60,805 nucleotides of DNA from an uncultured Gemmatimonas sp. (lineage in GTDB: Bacteria > Gemmatimonadota > Gemmatimonadetes > Gemmatimonadales > Gemmatimonadaceae). This document shows positions 9,659-20,589 of the stretch, in pieces. A model generated the notes under the pieces. The model saw only the letters and a list, made by a program, of their open reading frames with translations. It did not search any database and was not told the origin of the DNA. The stretch lies in NCBI GenBank assembly GCA_964529705.1, contig CAZHAG010000003.1, positions 1 to 60,805 of the forward strand, given 5' to 3'. The position numbers and the translations under genes are program-made. Numbering within the stretch: the stretch's first letter is position 1; each line of letters starts with the position of its first letter.

Positions 9659-10906
9659 TCAGTTGGCGGGAGGCCGCACCACGCCCGCTGGCTGCTCGAG
9701 CGCGAAGACCGCCGCGGAGCGGATCCGCTCGAACAGCTCGAGGTCGCCACCCGTGAGCGGGGGGCCCGAGCTCTGCGTGAGCGCGCCCCGTGGGTCGCGC
9801 TGCACGCCATTCACCAGCACCTCGAAATGCAGGTGCGGGCCGGTCGCGAGCCCGGTCATCCCCACGTATCCGATGGTGCTGCCGATCGTGATGCGCGCGC
9901 CGCTTCTGATGCCCGAGGCGAACGCCCGGAGGTGTCCGTAGCGCGTGACGAATCCGTTGGGGTGCCGCACCTCGATCGCGTTGCCGTAGCCGCCCTTCTG
10001 GCCGGCGAAGATCACCACGCCGTCCCCGATGGTGCGCACGGGGGTGCCGGCATCGGCGGCGTAGTCCATCCCCTGGTGCTGGCGCCAGGTGCCGAGCACG
10101 GGGTGCTTGCGGCGGCCGAAGTTGCTGGAGATGCGCCGGAACGAGACCGGGGTGCGGAGGAACGTCGAGGCGAGCGAGCGCCCCTGCTGGTCGTAGTACT
10201 TCGAGCGTCCGTTGTCGACGGGCATGCGGATGGCCTGCACCTCGCTGCCGGCACGCTGGAGCCCCGCGGCGAGCACGGTGCCGACGCGGACGGCGCCGTT
10301 CGGGGCGCGGCGGCGCTCGAAGAGCACGCGCACCTCGTCCCCGCTCTGCAGGTCGCGCGACATGTCGAACCGGTATTCGTAGATGTCCGCGATGTTCCAG
10401 GCGAGTTCCTGCCGCGCCCGTGCCGGGAGGAGCTCAGCCGCGCCTTCCTCCACCGCTGCGTAGAGCGACGAGGTGACCCGACCGCGCATGATGAGCGTGT
10501 CCACGGTCCACGGGAGCCGCTCCTCCGTGACCGTCCACGCGGAGTCGCCGCGGAGCACCCGCACCACGTGGTCGACGTCCATGTGGAAGCGGACCTCGTC
10601 CGGCGTGCGGTCGATCGTGTCGCCGACGACCTCCACTTCGAGGCCGGCGGGGATGCGGCGCGGATCGAGCGGGGCGGCCGCGATCACGTTGGCCGCGTCC
10701 CGACCGTTCAGCCCGCGCCGCATCAGGAGCTTGGTGAGCGTCTCCCCGAAGCCGAGCGTGTCGCGCTCGGCGAAGCGGCTGAGGTCGGGCGCCTTCTCCA
10801 GGAGGTCACCCGGACGGCCGGGCGCCGGAGCGGGCAAGCGCAGCGCGGCGATCGCGAGAGCCGCGACCGCCGCACCGGTGAGGAGCCGCAGGACGCGCGG
10901 CGTCAA
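9659..10906 (-). CDS. M23 family peptidoglycan endopeptidase (MepM-like)
   Basis: HQGMDY (HxxxD), YGHL and GPHLHFE (HxH) motifs. Start overlaps the ftsZ stop. Confidence 0.92.
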   Translation of the reverse strand: MTPRVLRLLTGAAVAALAIAALRLPAPAPGRPGDLLEKAPDLSRFAERDTLGFGETLTKLLMRRGLNGRDAANVIAAAPLDPRRIPAGLEVEVVGDTIDRTPDEVRFHMDVDHVVRVLRGDSAWTVTEERLPWTVDTLIMRGRVTSSLYAAVEEGAAELLPARARQELAWNIADIYEYRFDMSRDLQSGDEVRVLFERRRAPNGAVRVGTVLAAGLQRAGSEVQAIRMPVDNGRSKYYDQQGRSLASTFLRTPVSFRRISSNFGRRKHPVLGTWRQHQGMDYAADAGTPVRTIGDGVVIFAGQKGGYGNAIEVRHPNGFVTRYGHLRAFASGIRSGARITIGSTIGYVGMTGLATGPHLHFEVLVNGVQRDPRGALTQSSGPPLTGGDLELFERIRSAAVFALEQPAGVVRPPAN

Positions 10907-12060
10907 TCCATCTGTCTCCGGATGAACGTCGGGATCTCCATGTCCGAGAGATCCTCGACCGGGCGCTGGCTCGGGCGCGGCCGCGGCGCCGGGACGGCGT
11001 TGCCGCCGCCGATCGACGGCGCGGGACGCGTGCGCGCGGAGGGGTCGATCGGGATCACCGGGGTGCTCCCGCGGTGGGCGAAGCCCATCGGCCCCGCCTT
11101 CCGCTCGAACCCGGTGGCGATCACGGTCACCCGCACCTCGCCCTGCATGGCCGGCTCGTTCACCGCGCCGAAGATGATCTCGCTCTCCTCGCCCACGGCC
11201 TCCTTCACGATCTCGGCGATGGTGTTGATGTCGCCGAGCGTCATCTCGTTCCCGCCCGTGATGTTGATCAGCACGCCGCGCGCGCCGGCGATGGTGATGT
11301 TGTCGAGCAGGGGGGACTCGATCGCCATCTTGGCCGCTTCCACGGCGCGGTCGTCGCCGCGGCCGATGCCGGTGCCCATGATCGCCGAGCCGCCGTCCTT
11401 CATCACGGTGCGCACGTCGGCGAAGTCGACGTTCACGACGCCCGCCTTGGTGATGATGCTGGAGATGCCGCCGGTCGCCTGCAGGAGCACCTCGTCCGCC
11501 TTCTTGAGGGCGTCCTGGAAGGGGATCCCCTTCCCGACCACCGCGAGGAGGCGCTCGTTGGGCACGACGATCATCGTGTCCACGTGCTTCGCCATCTCGG
11601 CGATCCCCTCGTCGGCCTGTCGCATCCGCTTCCGCCCCTCGAACAGGAAGGGCTTGGTCACGATGCCGACGGTGAGCGCGCCCGCCTGCTTGGCCAGCTC
11701 GCAGACGATCGGGGCCGCGCCGGTGCCGGTGCCGCCCCCCATGCCGCAGGTCACGAAGACGAGGTCCGCGCCGCTCAGCGTGCGGGAGACCTCATCGCGG
11801 TTCTCCTCGATCGCCTGACGCCCGATCTCGGGTCGGGCGCCGGCGCCGAGTCCCCGCGTGAGCTTCTTGCCGATCTGGATCTTGACGTCGGACTTGGAGT
11901 TGAGGAGCGCCTGCGCGTCGGTGTTCACCGAGATGAACTCGACACCCTCGAGGTGCTCCTCGATCATGCGGTTGACCGCGTTGCCGCCACCCCCGCCGAC
12001 GCCCACGACCTTCATCCGGGCGGTCTGCGAAGCGTTCTCCTCGAACTCGAAGATGCTCAT
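10903..12060 (-). CDS. ftsZ: Cell division protein FtsZ
   Basis: [19 protein letters not shown] and NVDFADV motifs; C-terminal [12 protein letters not shown]. Confidence 0.99.
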   Translation of the reverse strand: MSIFEFEENASQTARMKVVGVGGGGGNAVNRMIEEHLEGVEFISVNTDAQALLNSKSDVKIQIGKKLTRGLGAGARPEIGRQAIEENRDEVSRTLSGADLVFVTCGMGGGTGTGAAPIVCELAKQAGALTVGIVTKPFLFEGRKRMRQADEGIAEMAKHVDTMIVVPNERLLAVVGKGIPFQDALKKADEVLLQATGGISSIITKAGVVNVDFADVRTVMKDGGSAIMGTGIGRGDDRAVEAAKMAIESPLLDNITIAGARGVLINITGGNEMTLGDINTIAEIVKEAVGEESEIIFGAVNEPAMQGEVRVTVIATGFERKAGPMGFAHRGSTPVIPIDPSARTRPAPSIGGGNAVPAPRPRPSQRPVEDLSDMEIPTFIRRQMD

Positions 12061-12293
12061 CGGCGGCGCTGCTCCATCGGTCAGGCGTGAGGTCAGGTCT
12101 CGCGGATCCGGTGGCGGAATATAGCCCAAACCACCCTGGCCATCACCTGCGTGGCCACGCTGGGTAGACGAACGGGAGGCGAAACCGAAACGGCGATGAG
12201 CGAGCGCATTTTTCCACTGCGCCGTTCACCACCGAGCAGATTTGTGATGCCACTAGGGGCGCGGTGCGGACGCTTCGCGCGCCCGGCGCGAGG

Positions 12294-13559
12294 CTACCAG
12301 AAATCCTGCAGCCAGGTCTTGAATCGGGCCGCGAGGTGGTCCATCGAAGGGGTCGCCGCTCCGACGCTCAGGCGCTTCCCCTTCCCCGCACCGGTCCCGA
12401 TCGCCACGCGGTGCGCGCCGTACTGCACGAGCCCCGTCACGGTCGAGAAGCGGGGCGACTGCACCGAGTCGGCGAGGCCGCCGAGGAACTCCCCCGGCAC
12501 ACCGAGGCGGGCCCCTGTGCCGAAGACGTCACTGGCGAGGTCCGCGGTACCCGGCTGCGCCGCCGCGCCTCCGGTGACCACCACGCCCGCCGAGAGCTTC
12601 TTGATCAGCCCCGCCTCCTCCACATGACGCAGGACGATCTCGAAGATCTCCTGCGTGCGCTGGTGGATGATGTGGGCCAGCAGCTCCCGCGGGATCTCGC
12701 GGTCCCCCTGCGCGCCAGTGCTGGGCAGCCGGATCTTCTCGCCGTGTGGCACCATCGGCTCGTAGGCGGCGCCGTACTGCTCCTTGAGCCGCTCCGCGTC
12801 GGCCTGCGTGACGCCGAGCCCGTGCACGATGTCGCCGGTGACGTTGAGCCCGCCGTACCCGATCGTGCCGAGGTAGCGGATCTTCCCCTCGTGGAAGACG
12901 GCGACGTCGGTGGTCCCGGCGCCCATCTCCACCAGGGCCACGCCGAGCTCCTTCTCGTCGTCGGTGAGCACCGAGAGCGCGCTCGCCAGCGGCTCGAGCA
13001 CCAGCTCGCTCACCTTGTAGCTCGCGCGCTCGACGGCCTTCCGCAGGTTCATCGCGGGCGAGGAGCCGATGGTGACGAGGTACATCTCCGTCTCGAGGCG
13101 GGTGCCGATCATCCCGATCGGGTCGCGGATGCCGATGTTCTTGTCGACCGTGTACTCCTGCGGGATCGCGTGGATCAGCTCGCGGTCCTGCGGGATGGCC
13201 TGCGCCCGGGCGACGGCGTTCGCGCGCTCCACGTCGGCGCGGGTGATCTCGCTCCCGGTCACGGACGCGATCCCGGTCGACGTCATCGCCTGCACATGCT
13301 CCCCGGCGATCCCGGCGTACACGCTCTCCACCTGCGCTCCCGCCATCCGCTCGGCGTCCTGCATCGCCTTGGTGATGGAGCGCTGCGTCTCGTCGATGTC
13401 GGCCACCACGCCGCGGCGGAGCCCGGTGGTGCGCGCCTGCCCCACGCCGAGGATGTTCACCGTCGGGTGCTTGGGGAGGTCGCCCACGACCTCCGCGATC
13501 ACCGCGGTGGTCTTGGCGGATCCGATGTCGAGGCCGGCGACGAGTCGATCGAGGTTCAT
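12294..13559 (-). CDS. ftsA: Cell division protein FtsA
   Basis: GLDIGSAK, EMGAGTTD and VVTGGAA motifs; amphipathic C-terminal tail FKTWLQDFW. Confidence 0.98.
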   Translation of the reverse strand: MNLDRLVAGLDIGSAKTTAVIAEVVGDLPKHPTVNILGVGQARTTGLRRGVVADIDETQRSITKAMQDAERMAGAQVESVYAGIAGEHVQAMTSTGIASVTGSEITRADVERANAVARAQAIPQDRELIHAIPQEYTVDKNIGIRDPIGMIGTRLETEMYLVTIGSSPAMNLRKAVERASYKVSELVLEPLASALSVLTDDEKELGVALVEMGAGTTDVAVFHEGKIRYLGTIGYGGLNVTGDIVHGLGVTQADAERLKEQYGAAYEPMVPHGEKIRLPSTGAQGDREIPRELLAHIIHQRTQEIFEIVLRHVEEAGLIKKLSAGVVVTGGAAAQPGTADLASDVFGTGARLGVPGEFLGGLADSVQSPRFSTVTGLVQYGAHRVAIGTGAGKGKRLSVGAATPSMDHLAARFKTWLQDFW

Positions 13560-13566
13560 GCGTGGG

Positions 13567-14316
13567 TCAAGGCGCTGGGGAGAGTCGGGCGATCACCTGA
13601 TCGCGGAAACGCAGGTCGAGCTCCGCGGCCTTGAGGACGCGACGCGCGAGGTCGAGTTCCACCGGCCGCACATCGCCCAGCCGCCGCGCCGTCACGTCGG
13701 CCCGCGCGAGCACGCGATGTTCCGGGAAGACGAGGACCACCTCGCCACGCGGGGTGCGGCGCACCTCGCTCACGCGAGCGAAGAGGGCCGGTTCCTGCGC
13801 CCGCAGCTCCCCGAGCAGCCGGAGGAGCAGCGTGTCCCGCGACGCGAGCACCGGCAGGTCCACGTCGATCCGTGTGGGGTCCACCGGCAACGAATCCCCC
13901 GCCGCATCGGTGACCACCAGCCCGCGCGCCGTGCTCACCAGCGCCACCGGCGGGTTCTCGGTCACCCGCACGACGAGGGTTCCCGGGAGCCGCCGCCCGA
14001 TGCGCACCTCGCGCACCTGGGGATGTTCCCGCACCCGCGCCTCGAGGGGCGACATGTCGTCCCAGACGGACGCCGTGGTATCGACCCTCAACCGCGAAAC
14101 GATTTCGTCGGGGGCGGCGTAACGCGCGCCCTCGATCTCCACGCGGCGCACCCGGAAGAAATCCATGCTCTGGAGCAGGGCCCGTCCCCACCACGGGGTG
14201 GCGAGGAGCGCGAGCGCGGCGAGGAGCAGGCCCGCGCGGCGCATCCGGCGGCGCAGGGGTGTGGCCTCGGGCGCAGCGCCGGCAGCGCCCGCCCCACTCC
14301 CGCGACCGGGGCTCAC
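13567..14316 (-). CDS. ftsQ: Cell division protein FtsQ/DivIB
   Basis: TM, POTRA (FRVRRVEIEG...RRLPGTLVVRVTE) and C-terminal LDLRFRDQV. Lies between murC and ftsA; GTG overlaps the murC stop. Confidence 0.88.
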   Translation of the reverse strand: MSPGRGSGAGAAGAAPEATPLRRRMRRAGLLLAALALLATPWWGRALLQSMDFFRVRRVEIEGARYAAPDEIVSRLRVDTTASVWDDMSPLEARVREHPQVREVRIGRRLPGTLVVRVTENPPVALVSTARGLVVTDAAGDSLPVDPTRIDVDLPVLASRDTLLLRLLGELRAQEPALFARVSEVRRTPRGEVVLVFPEHRVLARADVTARRLGDVRPVELDLARRVLKAAELDLRFRDQVIARLSPAP

Positions 14317-15692
14317 CGCGCCTCCAAGAGCGTTAGCAGCTCGGGCCCCGTGCGCGTGATGTCGCCGGCACCCACCGTGAACACGACGTCCCCGTCCCGC
14401 ACGAGCTGCGCCAGCGCGGCGGCGAGCGCCGTGCGCGGCCCTTCCCACGCCGGTGCGTGCCCCGCACGCTTCGCCGCCTCCGCGACGAGCGCGCTCGTGA
14501 CCCCGGGCATCGGCTGCTCCCGCGCCGGGTAGATGTCCGCGAGCGCGACGACATCGGCGAGGGCCAGCGCCTCGCCGAATTCCGTGGCGAAGTCCCGCGT
14601 GCGCGAGAAGAGGTGCGGCTGGAAGGCGACCACGATCCGCCGCCCGGGGAACGCCTCGCGCGCCGCGCCCAGCGTCGCGCGCACCTCGGTGGGATGGTGC
14701 GCGTAGTCGTCCACCACATCGACGCCCGCGGCGCTCCCGATCCGCTGGAAGCGCCGCTCCGCGCCGACGAACGCCGCGAGTCCCGGCGCCATCTGCTCCA
14801 CCGTCAACCCCCAAGGCCCGATGCCGCAGGCGAGCGCGGCGAGCGCGTTCCGCACATTGTGCAGCCCCGGTACGCCGAGCGTCACGCTCCCGAGCGCCTT
14901 GCCATCGTAGGCGACCTCGAAGCGCGTGCGGCCGTCCACGTGCCGCACCTCGCGCGCGACGAGCCGTGCGTCGGGGCTCGAGAGCCCGTACCGGATCACC
15001 TCGGCCGTCGCCGGCGAGGGGAGCGCGTTCGCCCCCGGGTCGTCCGCGCACAGCACCACGTAGCGCGCGCGACCGACGAAGGTCGCAAAGGTCTCGTGGA
15101 TGTCCTGCAGGTCGCGATAGATGTCGAGGTGGTCGGCCTCCACGTTGGTCACCACGGCCACGGTCGGGTGGAGCGCGAGGAACGAGCGGTCGTACTCGTC
15201 CGCCTCCACCACGAAGACGTCGGACCCGCCGCGCGAGAGGTTCCCGCCCCACGCCGCCACGCGCGCGCCGACGACTCCCGTGGGCGCCTTCCCCGCGGCG
15301 GCCAACGCCTCGGTCGTCATCACGGTGGTGGTGCTCTTGCCGTGCGTCCCCGCTATGCCGATGAGCGCGCCCCCCGCCGTCGCCTCCGCGAGCGCCTCGG
15401 CGCGACGGATCACCGGGATCCCGAGCATCTGCGCACGAAGCAGCTCGGGGTGGTCCTTCGGGATCGCGCTCGAGACGACGAGCGCGCGGTGCCCCTCGAG
15501 GTGGGCGGGATCGTGTCCGCGCGCGGCCTCGATGCCGAGCGCGCGGAGGTCGGCCGCGCCGTCGGGGTTCTGGTCGCACCCGGTGACGCGCGCACCGCGG
15601 CGGTGGCAGAGCTCGGCGAGTGCGCTCATGCCCGCGCCGCCGATCCCCTGGAAGTGGATCGGGCGCGGATCGGAGGGATCGAGCAGGGGCAT
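14313..15692 (-). CDS. murC: UDP-N-acetylmuramate--L-alanine ligase
   Basis: GIGGAGMS, GTHGKSTT, EADEYD, DDYAHHPTE and FQPHLFSRT motifs. Confidence 0.98.
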   Translation of the reverse strand: MPLLDPSDPRPIHFQGIGGAGMSALAELCHRRGARVTGCDQNPDGAADLRALGIEAARGHDPAHLEGHRALVVSSAIPKDHPELLRAQMLGIPVIRRAEALAEATAGGALIGIAGTHGKSTTTVMTTEALAAAGKAPTGVVGARVAAWGGNLSRGGSDVFVVEADEYDRSFLALHPTVAVVTNVEADHLDIYRDLQDIHETFATFVGRARYVVLCADDPGANALPSPATAEVIRYGLSSPDARLVAREVRHVDGRTRFEVAYDGKALGSVTLGVPGLHNVRNALAALACGIGPWGLTVEQMAPGLAAFVGAERRFQRIGSAAGVDVVDDYAHHPTEVRATLGAAREAFPGRRIVVAFQPHLFSRTRDFATEFGEALALADVVALADIYPAREQPMPGVTSALVAEAAKRAGHAPAWEGPRTALAAALAQLVRDGDVVFTVGAGDITRTGPELLTLLEAR

Positions 15693-15698
15693 CAGGGA

Positions 15699-15704
15699 AA
15701 ACTA
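15699..15704 (-). promoter_or_regulatory. Putative -10 element (TAGTTT) of a leaderless murC transcript
   Basis: TANNNT hexamer 6 nt before the ATG; no SD. Confidence 0.4.
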
Positions 15705-15750
15705 GGCGGGCGCGTACGGTGCGTGCGGCGCGTTCGGCTGCACGAGCCGT

Positions 15751-16851
15751 TCAGGGAGCGGCGAGCAGGCGGCCGATGTGCGCCGCGATCTCCGCGGCCG
15801 CGTGCGGGCGGCCGCGCGCCGCCGCGGCTGCGGCCATGGCGGCCAGGCGGGAGCGGTCCGCGAGGAGCCCGCCGACCACGCGCGTGAGCGATTCCACCGA
15901 GAGGTCGCGCTCCGGCAGGTGCACCGCGGCTCCCGCGGCCTCGAGCACGCGCGCGTTCGCCGTCTGGTGGTCCTGCGCGGCCGTGGGGAGCGGCACGATC
16001 ACCGTCGGCACCCCCCACGCGCAGAGCTCACTCGACCCCATCATCCCGCCGCGCACCAGCGCGAGGTCGGCCGTGGCGTACGCCTCGGCGATCGGCGCGA
16101 TGTACGGGAGCACGCGCACGTCGGGCCGGTCGAGGTGCTTGAAGCCGTCGTGGTGCGCGCGTCCGGTGGACCAGAGCACGCAGAGCCCCTTCGGGAGCCC
16201 CTGCTCCACCCACGCGGCCACCGCGCGGTTGAGCGCACGCGCGCCCTGCGACCCGCCGAAGACGAGGAGCACGGTGGCGTGCGCGGGGAATCCCCAGCGC
16301 GCGCGCGCGGCTGCGGGCGCCGGCCGGATGTCCGGAGGCGGCTCGATCGGGTTCCCGGTGTCGCGGTAGACGCAACGCCCCTTCGGCAAGTGCCGCTCCG
16401 CCTCGGGATACCCGAGGTACGCCTCGCGCGAGAAGCGCGCCGTCCAGCGCGCCGTGATCCCGGGTGTCGCATCGCCGATATGCTGCACCACCGGCACGCC
16501 GCGCCGCGACGCCCAGAACGTCGTGAGTCCCGACGCGTAGCCCCCGGTGCCCACGACGAGCGCTGGAGGCGTCGCGCGCGCGAGGCGATTGAGCGCCCCC
16601 CACCCGCTCATCGCGCCGCGCAGCGTCTTCCAGTTCTCCCACACGCGCGGCCGGTAGAGCGGGTGCAGGTCGAGGAGCAGGAACGGGAACTCGGTGGTGG
16701 GGAGGATCTCCCGCTCGATGCCGCGCTGCGCGCCGACGAAGAATGGGGCCACCCCCGGTCGCGCGCGCATGAGGGCGCGCGCGATGGCGAGCGCGGGATA
16801 GAGGTGTCCGCCCGTGCCGCCCCCGGTGAAGAGGACGTTCACCGTGCTCAC
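15751..16851 (-). CDS. murG: MurG glycosyltransferase
   Basis: GGGTGGHLYP, GTGGY, GNP, GGSQGA and HQTANA motifs. Confidence 0.97.
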   Translation of the reverse strand: MSTVNVLFTGGGTGGHLYPALAIARALMRARPGVAPFFVGAQRGIEREILPTTEFPFLLLDLHPLYRPRVWENWKTLRGAMSGWGALNRLARATPPALVVGTGGYASGLTTFWASRRGVPVVQHIGDATPGITARWTARFSREAYLGYPEAERHLPKGRCVYRDTGNPIEPPPDIRPAPAAARARWGFPAHATVLLVFGGSQGARALNRAVAAWVEQGLPKGLCVLWSTGRAHHDGFKHLDRPDVRVLPYIAPIAEAYATADLALVRGGMMGSSELCAWGVPTVIVPLPTAAQDHQTANARVLEAAGAAVHLPERDLSVESLTRVVGGLLADRSRLAAMAAAAAARGRPHAAAEIAAHIGRLLAAP

Positions 16852-18077
16852 CGCCCCGTCGCGAGCGGGTCCGTGGCGCGCTCGCCGATCACCCGCTCCT
16901 TCGTGCTGCCGATGTTCACGAGGATCCCCGTGAGCAGGAGCGAGAGCAGGATGTTCGAGCGGCCGTACGAGATGAACGGCAGCGTGAGGCCCGTCGTGGG
17001 GAGGAGCCCGATCACCACGCCCAGGTGCAGGAACGCCGTCACGAGCATCGTGGAGGTGAGGCCGATCGCCACGAGCTGCTGGAAGGGCGAGCGCGCCGCC
17101 TTCGCGATCCTGAACCCGAGCCATCCCCAGAGTGTGTAGAGCAGGATCAGCCCGCCGAGCCCGACGAACCCCCACTCCTCGCCCACGTTGCTGCCGATGA
17201 AGTCGTTGTACGGCAGCGGGAGGAAGCCGAACTGCTGCCGCCCCTGCCCGAACCCGACGCCGAAGAGGCCGCCCGAGCCGACCGCGATCAGTGACTGCTG
17301 CAGCTGGTGGTTCACCTGCACCGCACTGTCCGCGCCAGCGGCGAACCCGAGGATCCGGCGCAGCACGTACTCCAGCTTGTGCGCATACGTCCAGAGGAAC
17401 GGGGCCCCGAGGATCCCCATGACGACGAAGTGCCCGATGCGGGCGCCGGCCGAGAAGAGCATCACACCCATCACGAACGCGTAGAAGATCACGACCGAGA
17501 GGTCGGGCTCCGCCACCACGAGCGCCGAGAGCACGCCGAGGATCACCATGAACGGCAGAAGGCCTTTCGAGAGCCGGCGGAGCCCCTCCTCCCCGCCCTT
17601 CTTCACGATCAGCATCGCGGTCCACATCACCACGGCGAGCTTCCCCAGCTCGGACGGCTGCAGCGACCCGCCCAGCAGGAAACGCCGCGAGCCGTTGATC
17701 GGTGGGGCAATGGAGATCGTGAACGGCAGGATGACGACGAGGAGCAGCAGGATCGTCAGTGCCATCAGGGGCCAGGCCCACCCCCGCCAGCGCTCGGCGT
17801 CGAGCTTCGCGCAGACCGCGAAGGCGACGATCCCCACGCCCACCCCGGTGAGCTGCCGCCAGAGGAAGAACCAGCTCGGCCGCCCCTCGGCCATCGCGGC
17901 GCCGGCGCTCGCGGAGTAGAGCGTGGCCAGCCCGAACGCGAGCAGGGCGGCCGTCACCATGATCATCGCCCTCGCCTCGAGCCCCATCCGCCAGCGTTCA
18001 CGGGAGTGCGTGGCGGCGTGGGGCAGCGGCGTGGCGCGGCGCGTGGACGCCGGCAGCGGCAGCGAGGCGGTGGTCAT
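16848..18077 (-). CDS. ftsW: SEDS peptidoglycan polymerase FtsW
   Basis: Polytopic; LQPSELGK, EPDLS, GSGGLFGVGFGQG and TGLTLPFISYG motifs. Confidence 0.96.
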   Translation of the reverse strand: MTTASLPLPASTRRATPLPHAATHSRERWRMGLEARAMIMVTAALLAFGLATLYSASAGAAMAEGRPSWFFLWRQLTGVGVGIVAFAVCAKLDAERWRGWAWPLMALTILLLLVVILPFTISIAPPINGSRRFLLGGSLQPSELGKLAVVMWTAMLIVKKGGEEGLRRLSKGLLPFMVILGVLSALVVAEPDLSVVIFYAFVMGVMLFSAGARIGHFVVMGILGAPFLWTYAHKLEYVLRRILGFAAGADSAVQVNHQLQQSLIAVGSGGLFGVGFGQGRQQFGFLPLPYNDFIGSNVGEEWGFVGLGGLILLYTLWGWLGFRIAKAARSPFQQLVAIGLTSTMLVTAFLHLGVVIGLLPTTGLTLPFISYGRSNILLSLLLTGILVNIGSTKERVIGERATDPLATGR

Positions 18078-19459
18078 GCGCCGAGGGCGAGGCGGCGGAA
18101 GGTCGCGCCGCGCTCCTCGTAGTTGCGGAACATGTCGTAGCTCGAGCAGGCAGGGGCAAGAAGGACCGCGTCGCCGGGCGCGGCGAGCGCACGGGCGCGG
18201 GCGATGACTTGCTCGAAGGACGATCCGAGCCGCTCCACCGCCACGTGCGCGCCGAGGTCGTGCGCGATGCGCTCCGCCGACTCGCCGTACGCGAGCACCG
18301 CCTTGGCGCGCCCCTGCAGGGCATCGAGGAGCGCCGTGTAGGGCCCCCCCTTGTGGCGCCCCCCCAGGAGGAGGATCGTCGGGCGGGTCATGGCCTCGAG
18401 CGCGACACGGGCCGCGCCGATGTTCGTCGCCTTGGAGTCGTTCACCCAGAGCACGCCGTCGCGCTCCCCGAGCGGCTCCAGCCGGTGCGCGATCGCCTTG
18501 AACCCACGGAGGCCTGCCGCGATCCGTGCACGTCCGGTGGTCGTCTGGTCCCCCGGCATCGCGTGCCAGACCGCCAGCGCGGCGGCGAGTGCGTTCGCGA
18601 TGTTGTGCGCGCCAAGCAGCGGCAGGAGGGCGCGCTCCAGCAGGGCGCTCCCCGCGAGCACGAGCATCTCGCGGCTCGCGTCGAACGTCGCGTCCGCGTC
18701 CCCGTCGCCAAGCGAGAACCGGCGCGCGATGCCCGCCAGGGATGCCGTCCGGCGCATCACCTCGGCGTCGTCCCCGTTCACCACGCGCACGGACGCGGCG
18801 CCGGCGTTCCGGAAGAGGAGCATCTTGTCGCCGTAGTACTCCTCGAGCGTGGCATACCGGTCGAGGTGGTCGGGCGCGAGGTTGGTCAGCACCGCGACCT
18901 GCGGGGCCACGGACGGTGTGTCGTGCAGCTGGAACGAGGAGAGCTCCACCACTACCCACTCCGGCCGCTGCCCCGCGAGCGCGACCTCCGAGAGCGGCGT
19001 GCCGATGTTCCCCGCCTCGACCGTCTCGTGGCCGAGTGCGCGCAGCAGGTGCGCGACGAGGGCGGTGACCGTGGTCTTGCCGTTGGTCCCTGTGATGCCC
19101 ACGTAGGGCACGCCAGGGAGCGCGCGGAGCGCGACCTCGATCTCGCTCAGGACCAGCGCGCCGCCGGCGCGGGCGGCCTCCAGCGCGGGCGCGGAGGGCG
19201 GGACACCCGGACTCACCACCACGGTGCGCGCCCGCCGGATCCGCTCGAGGTCGTGCCGGCCCGCCTCGGCGGTGATGCCCGCGGCCGTGAGCGCCGCGGC
19301 CGCCTCCATCACGGCCCCGCCGCTGCCGGCGTCGCTCGCGTAGACCGGGACCCCCGCGCGCGCGAGGAGCCGCGCGGCCGCCCCACCGCTCCGCCCGAGC
19401 CCGATGACCGCGACCTCGCCGCGTGCCGACAGGGCCGTGAGCGGTGCCGGCGTGGTCAC
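18074..19459 (-). CDS. murD: UDP-MurNAc-L-Ala--D-Glu ligase
   Basis: GLGRSG, GTNGKTT, ELSSFQL, NDSKATN and PACSSYD motifs. Confidence 0.97.
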   Translation of the reverse strand: MTTPAPLTALSARGEVAVIGLGRSGGAAARLLARAGVPVYASDAGSGGAVMEAAAALTAAGITAEAGRHDLERIRRARTVVVSPGVPPSAPALEAARAGGALVLSEIEVALRALPGVPYVGITGTNGKTTVTALVAHLLRALGHETVEAGNIGTPLSEVALAGQRPEWVVVELSSFQLHDTPSVAPQVAVLTNLAPDHLDRYATLEEYYGDKMLLFRNAGAASVRVVNGDDAEVMRRTASLAGIARRFSLGDGDADATFDASREMLVLAGSALLERALLPLLGAHNIANALAAALAVWHAMPGDQTTTGRARIAAGLRGFKAIAHRLEPLGERDGVLWVNDSKATNIGAARVALEAMTRPTILLLGGRHKGGPYTALLDALQGRAKAVLAYGESAERIAHDLGAHVAVERLGSSFEQVIARARALAAPGDAVLLAPACSSYDMFRNYEERGATFRRLALGA

Positions 19460-20589
19460 CGGATCTTGAGCGTTGAGAGCGCGAGAAAGGCGCAGAGGAC
19501 GCCGAGGATCCAGAAGCGCACCACCACGCGCGTCTCCGGCCATCCCTTCAGCTCGAAATGGTGATGGATCGGCGCGCGGAGGAAGACCCGGTGGGCCTTG
19601 GCGTACTCCACCCCGTGCCGCCGCTTCCGCACCTTGAACACGGTGCGCTGCACGATCACCGAGAGCGTCTCCGTCACGAACACCCCGCCGACGATCAGCA
19701 CCAGGAACTCGCTCTTGAGCAGGATCGCCACCGCGCCGAGCGCCCCGCCGAGCGCGAGGGAACCAGTGTCGCCCATGAACACTTGCGCCGGGTGCGCATT
19801 GTACCAGAGGAACCCCATCGCCGCCCCGAAGACCGCCGAGCAGAAGATCGTGAGCTCGCCCGAACCGCGCAGGTAGAAGATCTGGAGGTACTCGGACGCG
19901 TCGAAGCGCCCCATCACGTAGGCGAACATCGCCATGGTCAGCATGGCGATCGCCATCAGCCCCGCCGCGAGCCCGTCGAGTCCGTCCGTGAGGTTCACCG
20001 CGTTGCTCGTCCCCGTCATCACGAACGCGACGAAGGGGAGGTAGAGCAACGGGATGGCCGGGATCATCAACGTGTACTTGTAGAACGGCAGCGTGGTGGA
20101 CGCGCCCGGGAGGTTGTTGAGGGGGTACTGCCAGAGGATCAGCCCGAGACCGAGGCCGATGGTGACTTGGCCGATGAGCTTGTACCGCTCGACCAGTCCC
20201 TCGTTGTGCTTCCCCTCCCGCTTCTGCTTGAGCTTGAGGTAGTCGTCCAGGAACCCGATTGCGCCCATGAGGACCGTCACGGCGAGGGCGAGCCAGACGT
20301 AGCGGCTGTCGAACCGCATCCAGAGCAGCGTCGAGAACGTCACGGCCGCGAGGATGATCAGCCCCCCCATCGTCGGCGTGGTCCCCTTCCCCGCGTGCGA
20401 GTCCGGCGTGCCCTGGCGCACCACCTGGTGGATGGCGAGCCCCTGCAGCCAGCGCAGCATCCACGGCCCCACCACGAAGCAGACGAGCAGCGCGGTGATC
20501 GCCGCGCCCGCGGCCCGGAACGAGATGTAGCGGAAGATGTTGAACCCGCTCACGTACGAGGTGAGGGGGAGCAGGAACTCGTACAGCAT
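19456..20589 (-). CDS. mraY: Phospho-MurNAc-pentapeptide transferase
   Basis: TPTMGG, FLDD, NLTDGLDGL, VFMGDTG and APIHHHFE motifs. Confidence 0.98.
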   Translation of the reverse strand: MLYEFLLPLTSYVSGFNIFRYISFRAAGAAITALLVCFVVGPWMLRWLQGLAIHQVVRQGTPDSHAGKGTTPTMGGLIILAAVTFSTLLWMRFDSRYVWLALAVTVLMGAIGFLDDYLKLKQKREGKHNEGLVERYKLIGQVTIGLGLGLILWQYPLNNLPGASTTLPFYKYTLMIPAIPLLYLPFVAFVMTGTSNAVNLTDGLDGLAAGLMAIAMLTMAMFAYVMGRFDASEYLQIFYLRGSGELTIFCSAVFGAAMGFLWYNAHPAQVFMGDTGSLALGGALGAVAILLKSEFLVLIVGGVFVTETLSVIVQRTVFKVRKRRHGVEYAKAHRVFLRAPIHHHFELKGWPETRVVVRFWILGVLCAFLALSTLKIR

